A stretch of DNA of 46,401 bases from a virus. Lineage: Duplodnaviria; Caudoviricetes. The notes below the pieces were generated by a model. That model searched no databases, had not been told where the DNA came from, and was given only the letters and a program-made list of their open reading frames with translations. Where the stretch lies: positions 1-46,401 of IMG/VR virus record IMGVR_UViG_3300038492_000126; one strand, given 5' to 3'. Positions 7,713 to 17,900 of the stretch are shown here, piece by piece (position 1 is the stretch's first letter; each line of letters begins with the position of its first letter). Both the position numbers and the translations under genes were made by a program.

Positions 7713-10215
7713 GGGGATAAAGGTTAACCGCACACGGTTATGTCCTCCTGAAGGATCATTGGATAGTGATATACTGTTCCTCGCTGAAGCTCCTGGCGCA
7801 GATGAAGTGGTTCATAGTAGGCCTCTCATCGGGAGAAGTGGGGATGTGTTCAATACAGGTATACAACAAGCTGGTATTAACCGCAGTCGTTGTTATCTAA
7901 CGAACGTAGTGAAAGAGCGTCCGATGAACAACAAGATAGAACAGTTCATCAACCTCAAGAACAAGGTTCCAGTAATCTCACCAGAGTTTCATTTCTGGTT
8001 GGATGAACTGGATAAAGAGATCAGTAACTTCCAAGGCAACATAATAGTTGCAATGGGTAACATAGCCCTCCACGCTGTCACTGGCTTAACCGGCGTGATG
8101 AAGCGTAGAGGTTCTATGTATTGGTCTGATAAGTATCAGAAGAAAGTCATGGCCAGTCTCCATCCTTCCTTTGCTGCTCGGCAATATATATGGAGACACA
8201 TCTTTAAGCTTGATATGAAGAGAGCGCTTGATCAAAGCACGTTCCCTGAACTCCGGCTTACCAAGCGTGACTACATTATCCAGCCGACCTTTGCACAGTG
8301 CAAAGCCTACCTCGAGGCGATCAATCATAAGGTCGCATTCGACATTGAGGTTATAAGAGGGGAAGTATCTTGTATTTCCTTCTCTTCCTCTAAGCATCAT
8401 GCTATCAGCATTCCATTCTATGAGAACGGTAGGAATTATTTCTCACTTGATCAAGAGATGGAGTTATGGACTCTTATCAACAAGGTCTTATCCGATCCTA
8501 TGATTAAGAAGATTGGACAGAACTTATCCTTTGACACTAACTTTCTCATGGGTAAGTATGGTATCCTCACTCGCAACCTTGATGATACAATGTTAGCCAC
8601 CAAGTTATTCTTCACTGACTTTCCTATGGGACTGGACTTCATTACATCCACGCGCACCGATCTTCCTTACTACAAGGATGAAGGTAAGCAGTATATGAAA
8701 GATCCAACTAATGATAGGGTATTCATGGAGTATAATGCGAAAGACTCTATTGTATGCTACGAGGCTATGGAACCTCTCAAGCAGGATCTTGCTGATCTTG
8801 GTAACCTCGACACCTACGAAATGCACATTGATCTAATCGAGCCGTGTATCTATATGGGGCAGCGAGGACTCCGTGTTGACTTGGAGAATATGAAGCACGC
8901 TGAGAAAGGCCTCATCATAGAGATTGATGAACTCCAAGCGAAGCTAAATGAATCTGTAGGCGGTGAACTCAACGTTAACTCTCCTAAGCAATGTAAGGAT
9001 CACTTCTATATTAAGAGGAACTTCCCTCCTTATAGGAAGGCAGGTTCTATAAGTGTAGATGAAACAGCGCTAAAGAGAATGGCTCGCAAGAAAGGGAAGA
9101 AGGGAGCTGATGAGGCTAAGATGGTACTCGATCTCCGTGGTAAGCGGAAAGCTCTATCCACCTACTTCCAAACAGATTTCAGGGACGGTCGTCTTGTCTG
9201 CTCGTATCGACCCATCACAAGCATGGGTAGGTTGGCAAGTAGTAAGACAATAGATGGCTTCGGTATGAATATGCAGAACTGGCCAAAGTCATTCAACAAG
9301 TATTTCCTACCTGATCCAGGATATTACATCTTCAACGTTGACCTTGCCAAGGCAGACGTATGGAGTGTTGCGTTCCTCGCAGAGGATGAGCGTATGATGG
9401 ATGCCTTGCTCAACGACTTGGATATGCACTCATTGACAGCATCAATCCTATTCCCTGAGTTCACACCGCAAGAACTTAAGCAGATGGACAAGGACAACAT
9501 CAAGTGTCAACTCGGTTACGGAGATCAATCCCATAGATACTGGGGTAAGAAGGCTAACCACGCGCTGAACTTTGGCATGGGTTATAAGAAGTTTGCCTTG
9601 ATGAATGAATTACCTGAAGCTGAAGGACGTAGGATCTGGAGTGCTTACCATCGTGCATATCCATCAGTGAGTCAAGTATTCCATGCTCGTATCCAAGAAG
9701 ATCTCAGGAGAAAGAATCGAATACTCACCAACACCTTCGGACGTAAATGTCTCTTCTTAGATAGATGGGGTGAGGATCTATTCAACAAAGCTTACGCCTT
9801 TATACCGCAAAGTAATACAGCGGATATCATTAACAGGCAGGGAGTTATCCCTTTCTACTATGAAGAAGAGTTCAAGGAAGTTGAACTGCTCCGGCAAGTG
9901 CATGATAGTATTAACTTCCAGATCTCTAAGTCAGTGGGAATTAAAGGGATAGCAAATATCCTCCGTCGCATGAGAGAGACTCTTGAGCAGCCTCTTACTA
10001 TTAGAGGAAGAACGTTTGTAGTTCCTGCTGAGTTTTCTATAGGTTTAAATCTCTATGACCAGACGGATCTCTTCATTGATCCTTCACTTGAACAACAATT
10101 ACTGAACTTTGAACGAGATATAGGAGACGCTCCAGTAGGAAGAGAAAGTTTGATTGATAGTATTTATTCTTTTGAAGAGGAGGATTCTCCTAATGACTTT
10201 GATTACGCAGTATGA
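7654..10215 (+). CDS. polA: Family A DNA polymerase with N-terminal family-4 UDG-like domain and 3'-5' exonuclease
   Basis: EAPGADE, GRSG, TNVVK, HPS (UDG); FDIE, QNLSFD, YNAKD (exonuclease); GRLAS, NMQN, DMH, KKANHALNFG, QVHDS (polymerase). Confidence 0.95.
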   Translation: MTIQTTKNVYHYSLPSVIPEGIKVNRTRLCPPEGSLDSDILFLAEAPGADEVVHSRPLIGRSGDVFNTGIQQAGINRSRCYLTNVVKERPMNNKIEQFINLKNKVPVISPEFHFWLDELDKEISNFQGNIIVAMGNIALHAVTGLTGVMKRRGSMYWSDKYQKKVMASLHPSFAARQYIWRHIFKLDMKRALDQSTFPELRLTKRDYIIQPTFAQCKAYLEAINHKVAFDIEVIRGEVSCISFSSSKHHAISIPFYENGRNYFSLDQEMELWTLINKVLSDPMIKKIGQNLSFDTNFLMGKYGILTRNLDDTMLATKLFFTDFPMGLDFITSTRTDLPYYKDEGKQYMKDPTNDRVFMEYNAKDSIVCYEAMEPLKQDLADLGNLDTYEMHIDLIEPCIYMGQRGLRVDLENMKHAEKGLIIEIDELQAKLNESVGGELNVNSPKQCKDHFYIKRNFPPYRKAGSISVDETALKRMARKKGKKGADEAKMVLDLRGKRKALSTYFQTDFRDGRLVCSYRPITSMGRLASSKTIDGFGMNMQNWPKSFNKYFLPDPGYYIFNVDLAKADVWSVAFLAEDERMMDALLNDLDMHSLTASILFPEFTPQELKQMDKDNIKCQLGYGDQSHRYWGKKANHALNFGMGYKKFALMNELPEAEGRRIWSAYHRAYPSVSQVFHARIQEDLRRKNRILTNTFGRKCLFLDRWGEDLFNKAYAFIPQSNTADIINRQGVIPFYYEEEFKEVELLRQVHDSINFQISKSVGIKGIANILRRMRETLEQPLTIRGRTFVVPAEFSIGLNLYDQTDLFIDPSLEQQLLNFERDIGDAPVGRESLIDSIYSFEEEDSPNDFDYAV

Positions 10216-10229
10216 TAAGGAGATAAAGG

Positions 10230-10604
10230 ATGGAACTTAACAAGTATAGCATGACTTCTCAAACTTTAGAGGATTTAAAGTTCTATCTCTGGAAAGGAAA
10301 AGAGTTCAGGGATATAAATCCAGATTTACTGATCAGGTTCTGGAAAGCAAATAGACCTACTAATGAGATAACAATGATTACCTATAGGGTTCATGGTGTT
10401 AGGATAATGCATCTATTTATCCCACAAAAAGGAGAGGTGAAACTTGTTCATCACCCTTTGTTTACCCTTAGATATAATGAGGAAACTGAACAGGTATGTC
10501 AAACGAAACCACAAACAGAATCAGAGCAGTCGACGATTTCATCACCGCTTGGGAAGATTACATGTCTCATTCTGAAGCGCCTGAACTCTATACTACCTGG
10601 GTAG
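10230..10604 (+). CDS. Hypothetical protein
   Basis: AAGGAG RBS; overlaps next gene by 109 nt. Confidence 0.6.
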   Translation: MELNKYSMTSQTLEDLKFYLWKGKEFRDINPDLLIRFWKANRPTNEITMITYRVHGVRIMHLFIPQKGEVKLVHHPLFTLRYNEETEQVCQTKPQTESEQSTISSPLGKITCLILKRLNSILPG

Positions 10605-11761
10605 CGGCTAGTATGATATCTGCTGTCCTACGTAGAAAGAGTTATCTCCAGTGGGAGAAGGTAGTCTATCCCAATCTATATGTGATATTAATCGGCCCTG
10701 CAGGATTAGCTCGCAAGGGAACAGCTATGTCTCCCGGTCAAGCATTGTTGCGAGAGTTAGGAATCAAGATTACCTCAGAGAGTACAACAAGAGCCGCATT
10801 GGTAAAGGCACTGAAGAAAGCTAGTCACTCTGACTTGACAGCGATCTCAGGCAAAACAGAATACTGCGCTCTCACAGTCTTCTCTGAGGAATTTACTGTA
10901 TTCATAGGTTATAATAACCAACAGCTTATGGCTGACTTAGCAAACTGGTATGACTGTCCAGATAACTGGACGTATGATTCCGTAGCACATGGAGCGCAAT
11001 CAATACCCGGCGTTTATGTAAACCTGATTGGAGCAACAACACCTGAACTACTCCAATCAACCCTTCCATCTGATGCAGTAGGCGGAGGTCTTATGTCCCG
11101 TGCTATTTGTGTATGGGCAGGAGGAAGGAGTAAGATCGTTACCATCCCTCTCAACGTAGTGGATAAAGATGGAACGAAGGATAAATTGAAAGAGCAGTGG
11201 AAATCATTAATAGAAACTCTTACAGACATTTCCCTAATAGAAGGTGAGTTCAAACCTTCAGACTCTTACTTAAAGTGTTGGGCTGAGTGGTATCCTAAAC
11301 AACACGATACAATAGACTTCAAAGAGAGGAGGTTACTCTACTACGTAGGTAGACGTCCTACCCACCTACATAAGCTCGCAATGGTATTCAATGCTTCGAG
11401 GCATGATGGTAACTTAACCTTGACAGACTATGATTTCAGAAGAGCTCTTACTCTCCTACAGAAAACAGAAGCTGACATGGATAAGCCATTCGCAGGTATG
11501 GGAACTCGCGAGGACGTGGATATCCAACAAGCCGTAGCGGTTGAGATATATAAGAGGAAGAAGACTACTATCAGGGATTTGTATAAGATGTTCTACAAAG
11601 ACATTGCGAAGAATGATCTTATCACAATGCTGTCTGAGTTTGAATACAGGGGATATTGTAAAATAGATAGTCAAGGTTCTAACGGTATGCCTTCGACTAA
11701 CCCTGTAATAATCTACATACCAGAGAAGAAAGGAAAGTCAACTAATGAAGAGAGTTCTTAA
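10496..11761 (+). CDS. DUF3987-like P-loop replicative helicase
   Basis: PNLYVILIGPAGLARKGT Walker A, SEEF Walker B, IGATTP, GGLMSR arginine finger; next to polA. Confidence 0.75.
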   Translation: MSNETTNRIRAVDDFITAWEDYMSHSEAPELYTTWVAASMISAVLRRKSYLQWEKVVYPNLYVILIGPAGLARKGTAMSPGQALLRELGIKITSESTTRAALVKALKKASHSDLTAISGKTEYCALTVFSEEFTVFIGYNNQQLMADLANWYDCPDNWTYDSVAHGAQSIPGVYVNLIGATTPELLQSTLPSDAVGGGLMSRAICVWAGGRSKIVTIPLNVVDKDGTKDKLKEQWKSLIETLTDISLIEGEFKPSDSYLKCWAEWYPKQHDTIDFKERRLLYYVGRRPTHLHKLAMVFNASRHDGNLTLTDYDFRRALTLLQKTEADMDKPFAGMGTREDVDIQQAVAVEIYKRKKTTIRDLYKMFYKDIAKNDLITMLSEFEYRGYCKIDSQGSNGMPSTNPVIIYIPEKKGKSTNEESS

Positions 11762-12608
11762 CGAAGAGAAGGTAGAGAAGTTGAACTTCGTTACCTATGA
11801 TATCGAGATCAGGAATTGTATTCCGGATAGGAATAAACCAAACGATCCTGATTTTGAGTATTGTAAGGGATGGGATGATTTCCAAGGAATGGGTATCGCT
11901 TGTATAGGAGCCTATGAGTCTGCAACTGATCGTTACCGAGTGTTCACTGAAGGTGACATGGGTAGAGGTTTCGGAGAGTTCATTGACATGTTGTTGCGGG
12001 CCGACGTGATTGTTGGGTTTAACAGTTACCGCTTCGACAATCAACTTCTCTGCAACGATCCAGTATTCACCAGTGAACTCCTCCGAGTTGGAGGGAAGTT
12101 CCGTGATCTCATGGAGTTTGAAGTTTATCTCCAAGGTAAGACCTATGATATCCTCCGTGAGGTTTGGAAACTAAGTGGACTCAATCCCGACGTGTTTAAT
12201 TTTCGGACGCACGGCGGCGTAGGATTGGACGCAATTGCCGGGGTGACGTTTAACTTGGCTAAGACGGGGAAAGGCGATCTGGCGCCGATCTTATGGCAAA
12301 CAGGACGGTATGGAGAGTGTATTGATTACTGTCTGAATGACGTGAAACTGACCGTGATGCTTCTTGAATGTATTATCAACGGTTCGGGTATCATTCATCC
12401 TAAGTCCATGCAGACAATACATCCAGATCTTCCTTTAGTGTTCGAGCAGATGTATGATGAAGTTGAGGATGATGAGGAGGAAGATGATTCTCTCCTAGAA
12501 TGGGGTGATGAGTATCTAGAGGAGGAAGAGGATGAGATTCCTCTATACGAGGGAGAAGAGCAATTAATAGAAGATGAAGAAGAGGAGGAAGATGATATAA
12601 CAACCTAA
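11745..12608 (+). CDS. DEDD/RNase H-like 3'-5' exonuclease with long acidic tail
   Basis: YDIE, VGFNSYRFD, YCLNDV motifs; C-terminal ~50 aa D/E-rich. Confidence 0.85.
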   Translation: MKRVLNEEKVEKLNFVTYDIEIRNCIPDRNKPNDPDFEYCKGWDDFQGMGIACIGAYESATDRYRVFTEGDMGRGFGEFIDMLLRADVIVGFNSYRFDNQLLCNDPVFTSELLRVGGKFRDLMEFEVYLQGKTYDILREVWKLSGLNPDVFNFRTHGGVGLDAIAGVTFNLAKTGKGDLAPILWQTGRYGECIDYCLNDVKLTVMLLECIINGSGIIHPKSMQTIHPDLPLVFEQMYDEVEDDEEEDDSLLEWGDEYLEEEEDEIPLYEGEEQLIEDEEEEEDDITT

Positions 12609-12623
12609 CCTGGGTTGAGGTTA

Positions 12624-12668
12624 GAAAAAAGAAGCCGGGAAGGTCATAGACTTTCCCGGCTTTCCTTA
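12624..12668. terminator. Bidirectional intrinsic terminator between the convergent arms
   Basis: AAGCCGGGAAGGTC-ATA-GACTTTCCCGGCTT hairpin with A tract on the left and T-rich tract on the right. Confidence 0.85.
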
Positions 12669-12983
12669 TTACACTCCCGCAGATAAGAAGCGTTCCCTCA
12701 CATCGTTGAAGATCTTAGATCCTCCTGACAGCAGTAAGATTGTCATAACCTTACCAGCCACAGTCCACTCCGGATTCAATCCAAAGCCTTGAAGAAGATC
12801 AAGAGGTGTGCTGATCGCAACAAGTAGTGACATTACCAGCACAATGGGAAACTTAACTCCCTTTCCTTCAAAACGCTCTTGGTAGATTCTCCAGCCAAAC
12901 ACACTAGACAAGGCCATCTCAATAACGATAGCAAAGAATCCATGTTCAAGCATAACAATAGCCAAAGGCATAATAGACTCCAT
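12669..12983 (-). CDS. Holin-like membrane protein
   Basis: 104 aa, three hydrophobic segments, GGSK near the C-terminus; last late gene. Confidence 0.65.
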   Translation of the reverse strand: MESIMPLAIVMLEHGFFAIVIEMALSSVFGWRIYQERFEGKGVKFPIVLVMSLLVAISTPLDLLQGFGLNPEWTVAGKVMTILLLSGGSKIFNDVRERFLSAGV

Positions 12984-12992
12984 TACACTCTC

Positions 12993-14396
12993 CTATAGTT
13001 TGGGCCAGTAGGGTTTACGTGCCCGTTTGTATTTACCGTTCCCTCTATATCTACTGTTCCTAGCGGGAGCGGATTGAAAATCCTCTGTATGTTCAGCGAT
13101 TAGATAGAAGGCCCACACTTCAGCATTCACATACCAACCATGTTTAGTATGAGCCATAGCGTCAGCTGTTTGCGGATCAGTGCCGAGTCGAATCTCCCAG
13201 GCATCTGGTATTCCATCTGAATCGCTATCAGTTCCTGCAGTTCCTACATAAGTCTCAAATCCTACAGTCTCGGAAGTAGTATCAATCAGTGCACCTTCGC
13301 CTGTCCTAATAGTATCCAATACAGCCATATCTAAGCTGTCAAGTGGAAAGGCTCCGGCACTAGTCATTACTAAATCTTTAACTGCCTCGGCATTCAGGAT
13401 AGTTCCTCTTATATGACGAGTCTCTGGATCATACACCCTATAAGTCTTGCTACCGTTAGCTCCACTCCACTGATCTGCGGAGGTGATTTGAGGTGAGATA
13501 TTCCCTGCAACATAGAACTTCAAACTACTAGTCGCAGAGGAAACCAAGAATGTAGATGCGGCTCCTACCTGAGAAGAAGTAGATTGAAGGTAATTGTTTA
13601 TAACCTTAGCAAATCCATGCTCCTGATTCTCAAAGGCATGCTGTCTCCACCCGTAGTGGAAGTTGTTAACAGCTTCAAATCCTGTAGAGTCAGTCTTTGT
13701 TCCTCGTCGATTGTAAAGAGCGAATAGATTTTTGTATACACTAATGTTATAGTTCGGATCAGTTCCCGTTGTACTGTTAAAGGCCATACTATGCGGAGTC
13801 GAAGGATGCCAACTATCGTATAGTGGATAGGCAATTATACAGTTCTGTATCGTAATGTCGTGAGCCCCATTGCGGATGTCTATCATTTCATCCATGCTAT
13901 ACGCAAATGAAGAGTAGGCAATATTCACATTATACACTTCATTTGTAGAGCTATTCAGTGAGAGGGCATCTCGTTGTGTTGGGTTAGGATTACCAGGGTC
14001 AGCTCCTACTCTCATGCGAAGGCCGAGAACAATCTGGTTGGCAGCTCTAAACTCCATCACAGTTTGCCGCATTGAAAACCCTTCACCAGGAGCAGTCACA
14101 AACAGCCAAGTCAAGCTATCACCTTGAGGCTGAATAACTCCCTGTTGTTGAAGAGTTCCAGCTACGGTAACTATAATAACCTTGTTACTCTGTGTAGCTG
14201 CATCAGCAATAGAACCTGCTCCGACTGTGTTAGTATTCGTAACCAGATAAGCGTCACCTGCTCTACCTCCACTAGCCCACTTACCCGCACCGTCAGCCCA
14301 AGGATGCGCTGGTATTCCGGTGTTCTCAGGAATGCTTTGCGCGATGCAATGCTCCCCTAGAAAGAAGAGGATTAGTATAATATAGAATAACCTCAT
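12993..14396 (-). CDS. Secreted pectate lyase-like (PL1-type beta-helix) protein
   Basis: Signal peptide MRLFYIILILFFLGEHCIA|Q; GGRAG, APGEG, RDAL, SMDE, ITIQNCII, DSDSDGIPDAWE motifs. Confidence 0.85.
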   Translation of the reverse strand: MRLFYIILILFFLGEHCIAQSIPENTGIPAHPWADGAGKWASGGRAGDAYLVTNTNTVGAGSIADAATQSNKVIIVTVAGTLQQQGVIQPQGDSLTWLFVTAPGEGFSMRQTVMEFRAANQIVLGLRMRVGADPGNPNPTQRDALSLNSSTNEVYNVNIAYSSFAYSMDEMIDIRNGAHDITIQNCIIAYPLYDSWHPSTPHSMAFNSTTGTDPNYNISVYKNLFALYNRRGTKTDSTGFEAVNNFHYGWRQHAFENQEHGFAKVINNYLQSTSSQVGAASTFLVSSATSSLKFYVAGNISPQITSADQWSGANGSKTYRVYDPETRHIRGTILNAEAVKDLVMTSAGAFPLDSLDMAVLDTIRTGEGALIDTTSETVGFETYVGTAGTDSDSDGIPDAWEIRLGTDPQTADAMAHTKHGWYVNAEVWAFYLIAEHTEDFQSAPARNSRYRGNGKYKRARKPYWPKL

Positions 14397-14911
14397 CGGA
14401 CATATACCCCCTGCCTGATTGTTCCCGCTTGTGATCCGAGGTAGTGAACAGTCACTCTCACCTTGGTATACATCGCACTCGCCCAATTTGATAAGATGTT
14501 ATTGGTGCTGTAGTAGAGTGGGATATTGTCATAGGCCGCAGTGATTGTATCGCCGATGGATGTATCCGCTATCCAATCATACCAAGTGATATTAATACTC
14601 TTCACTGAATTTGTCACCGGTTCATACAACTTCAACTTGTGCACTTGTTGCAAAGTTCCAGTAGTATTATCAACGCGAGTGAACAGAGTCACATTCCCGT
14701 TGTGATCCGGATTGAAGGTAATATCCTTAGACGTGAGGGAATCACTAGCCGCAGTGTTGGAATAGTCCAACGTCTTTGTAGTAGAGTTCCACTCTGTCTG
14801 GAATCGATTCTGACTACCTGGGAGGAAGTCCCATACAGTCTCACCTATAACGTGCCCTCTCTGAGCAGACACGAATAAAGACATTAACAACAAAACTAAA
14901 AGAGCTTTCAT
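14393..14911 (-). CDS. Secreted beta-rich hypothetical protein
   Basis: Signal peptide MKALLVLLLMSLFVSA|Q; GGAG RBS; ATGA coupling to the lyase gene. Confidence 0.75.
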   Translation of the reverse strand: MKALLVLLLMSLFVSAQRGHVIGETVWDFLPGSQNRFQTEWNSTTKTLDYSNTAASDSLTSKDITFNPDHNGNVTLFTRVDNTTGTLQQVHKLKLYEPVTNSVKSINITWYDWIADTSIGDTITAAYDNIPLYYSTNNILSNWASAMYTKVRVTVHYLGSQAGTIRQGVYVR

Positions 14912-14919
14912 AGCTTCTC

Positions 14920-17900
14920 CTATTGTGGTATAATAAAGTGATCCAAGGCTTCAGCTTTCTTTAGCATCTCAGCCCTTAATAAGTTTCTCTCTCTGGGTGT
15001 CATAGAGGCGATCTTGGTTCTCATCTTAAGAACCGTATCTATGTCAATGCTGTATACAGCAGCATCTTGTAGTAGATCCTTAGGAAGTTCTCTTCCCAGA
15101 ACAATCTGTTTTACAACCTTATCCCAATACCTCTTTCTATTATCACTACGAATCCTCTGAGCTTCTTTCCAGGTCCTCTCCAAGACTTCAATGTTAGTCT
15201 TTTGAACAGGAGAGATACCAGACGCTATCAACATGCGATCCCATAGTCCTCCAACAGGATACGCTAGATTTCCCTGACTGTCCCTTACCCAGACGTTAGG
15301 CTCAGCCCATTTCTTTGAGAAGAGGTTATCACCAGCTTCAGGTAATCCTGTATTGATAGCCTCTTCCAGCTTACCATTCTTTACACGTCTCCAGAAAGGA
15401 TCCCAAACCTGAACAGTCTGATCCAACTGATCCATGTAGTACATCATTGGAGATAGACCTGCAACCCAATCAATTGCTCTATCTTTGATGAATATAGGTC
15501 CTTCCTTATCACGAAGCATACCAGCAACAGCTGCTCCTCCAGGAGCTACCACGTCGCGCATGAGTTTATAAGCATCAGAGAGAAAAGGCCCCATCCAATC
15601 CTCTGGTCTCCTTGGAAACTGAAGAGCAGCGGCAGGGGATGCATCACCTCCAACAGCACCAAACACGCCACGAAGGAGAACGTTGGGTATAGGATCTTCC
15701 TTGTCTTCAGCAAACCACTTCTCAATGTCATCTAGCAAACCTCCCATTCCTAGAGCAAAGAATATAGGTAAAGACTTTAGAGTGTAAACTATTCCTCTTG
15801 GTCCGGCAATAGCCAATTGGAGTCCAAGATATCTAGCCCACTCCCATTTCCTGAGAGTCGAGACAAACTCGATCTCTTTAACCATATACGTTTTGAACTG
15901 CCCAACGAGCTTTCCAACTGGACTACGGAGGAGCTTACTAATCGCAGCTGTATTATAGGCAAACTCCTGAAATCGAAGAGATCGCGCAGCCGCAGTTGCA
16001 GCTTCAGGATGTCCGAGTCCTCCAATTTCTCTATGATAGATATAGTTAGCAGCATAATTGTGCCTTCTGACCCTCTTTTCAGGAGCAGTGAATAGTCCGA
16101 GAGGTTTCCAGATAGGCACTCTTGTATCAATCTTTCCACTCGCATCAACAGCGAAGTCAATCCCGAGCCGTCCATTTTTCTCTCCCTCCAATAGCAAATC
16201 ATCCATGTTAACTTCATCACCTTGAGGCGAGGTGTATATCCAATCATCTGAACCTGGCTTAACCCGTATCCCTCTCGCAGCCCTTGCGGAGATATCAGAA
16301 CCTACCTTAACCCAAGTATGTCCAAAGCCTCCGAAGGCATTGATGAATGCCCCTACTGGCCTATACGCCAACTTCAAGTTAGCAGTCAAGTTTCTAGCTA
16401 CTCCAACGTAGGAACCTAAACGTCCTAGTTCCCAACCAAAGGCTGCTGATATATCATCGGCTACCCTCTCACCAAAGGAATAGTTAGCGCCCATAACTTC
16501 ATTGATCTGATCTTGTATTACTGCCTTCACATCATCTCTATAGTCGTTAGGATTTTCTTTAGACTCTTTCTTGAATCGCCTAATGATCGGGGTCATCACT
16601 ATTCTCTTCTCCATTGCGTGAAGATATCTAGGAAGAACCTCGAATATATCTTGTTCACCTGCCAAGACATTTCTACGCTCAATAGTAGGATTCACACGTG
16701 CAGGAGAAACTTCCACCTCAAAGGCAATAGGATCAAGGCCATTTGCTTTTCTCGTATTATTAATAGCCTTTGCCTTTACCTTAGCTTTCTTCAGGTTACG
16801 TGCAATGGCATGAGTCTTTCCATCAGCATCTACAACCTTATAATTACCTAACTCTATTCTTGTATAGAAGTCCTCAAGTCCCCAGCGTCCGATCTCATCA
16901 TACTCATCAACCGCCGCTTGAACCTTCTTCTTCTCTCTATCAAAGACGCGCTTCTTCTTGCGCTCTACTACCTTTCCTCCTCTATTCCATTTATCAATAG
17001 CTTCTTGTTCTGTAAGAGGTTTCTTCTTCTTGCTACTTGTTTGCGCCTTAATAAACTCGGCTCTCGCCATAGACTCTGTATCTACAAACGCGTCAACAGC
17101 CGCTGGAACAGTAGAACTTCTCTCGATAGCAACCGCACGAAATGCTTGATTAATCGCAGGATCGAGATCAACTATAAATGATTCCTGCAAAGAGTCTTGC
17201 ATCCTAGTCTTGACATGTTCAAAGAGATCAAAGAGACCTCCCTTACCATCACGACCTACTACAATCTGCTCAAGATTAGGATGCTTCTTGTATATATCTG
17301 CAAGCTCAGTGCGGAGGTCACGAGCCTTCTGGCCTGATACATTGATGAGAGGATTGCGAAGATCCGATATAATCTGTAACACTTTCCCACTCAACATTCT
17401 TTCTTTCTTAGAAAGTCGAGTTTTTCTAATCCTACCAATTACAGGGCTGCCTCCAAGCAAAGCCTTCCACCATACTTCATAGTCAGCTTCGTTATGCTGC
17501 ATCTTTTGCTGCGCTTCAATCACTGTCCCAGACATATCCAGTGGAGCAGTTCCAATCGCTCCCTTTTCTACTTCACGCCAAATAGCGAATTCAGGAGAAC
17601 CAACCTTCTGCCGCAAGTTACCAATGCGGCTAGGTCTGTTGTATGTGACCTTATCAATATCATTAGCCTCATCCACAGGAGTAGAGGCAAGGTCAGCTTC
17701 TTGCCTACGAAGAGTCTGTCCATAGTTAGTATCACTCTTAGGAGTCGCAGATCGAAGAATATCCTCTCTTCTTGTCTCTTGCAGTGCAATCATATCAGCA
17801 CGAGCATCTTCATCAAATTGAGCGAAAGGACCAAGTCCTTGCTGTATCTCATTGATAGCAGCATTAATACCATCAATCTCTTGTTGTTGCTGTTCAGAGA

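Noticed and set aside
7654-10215. DpoZ/Z-genome or hydroxymethyluracil DNA system
   Set aside because: No PurZ, DatZ, dCMP deaminase or thymidylate synthase-like genes recognised
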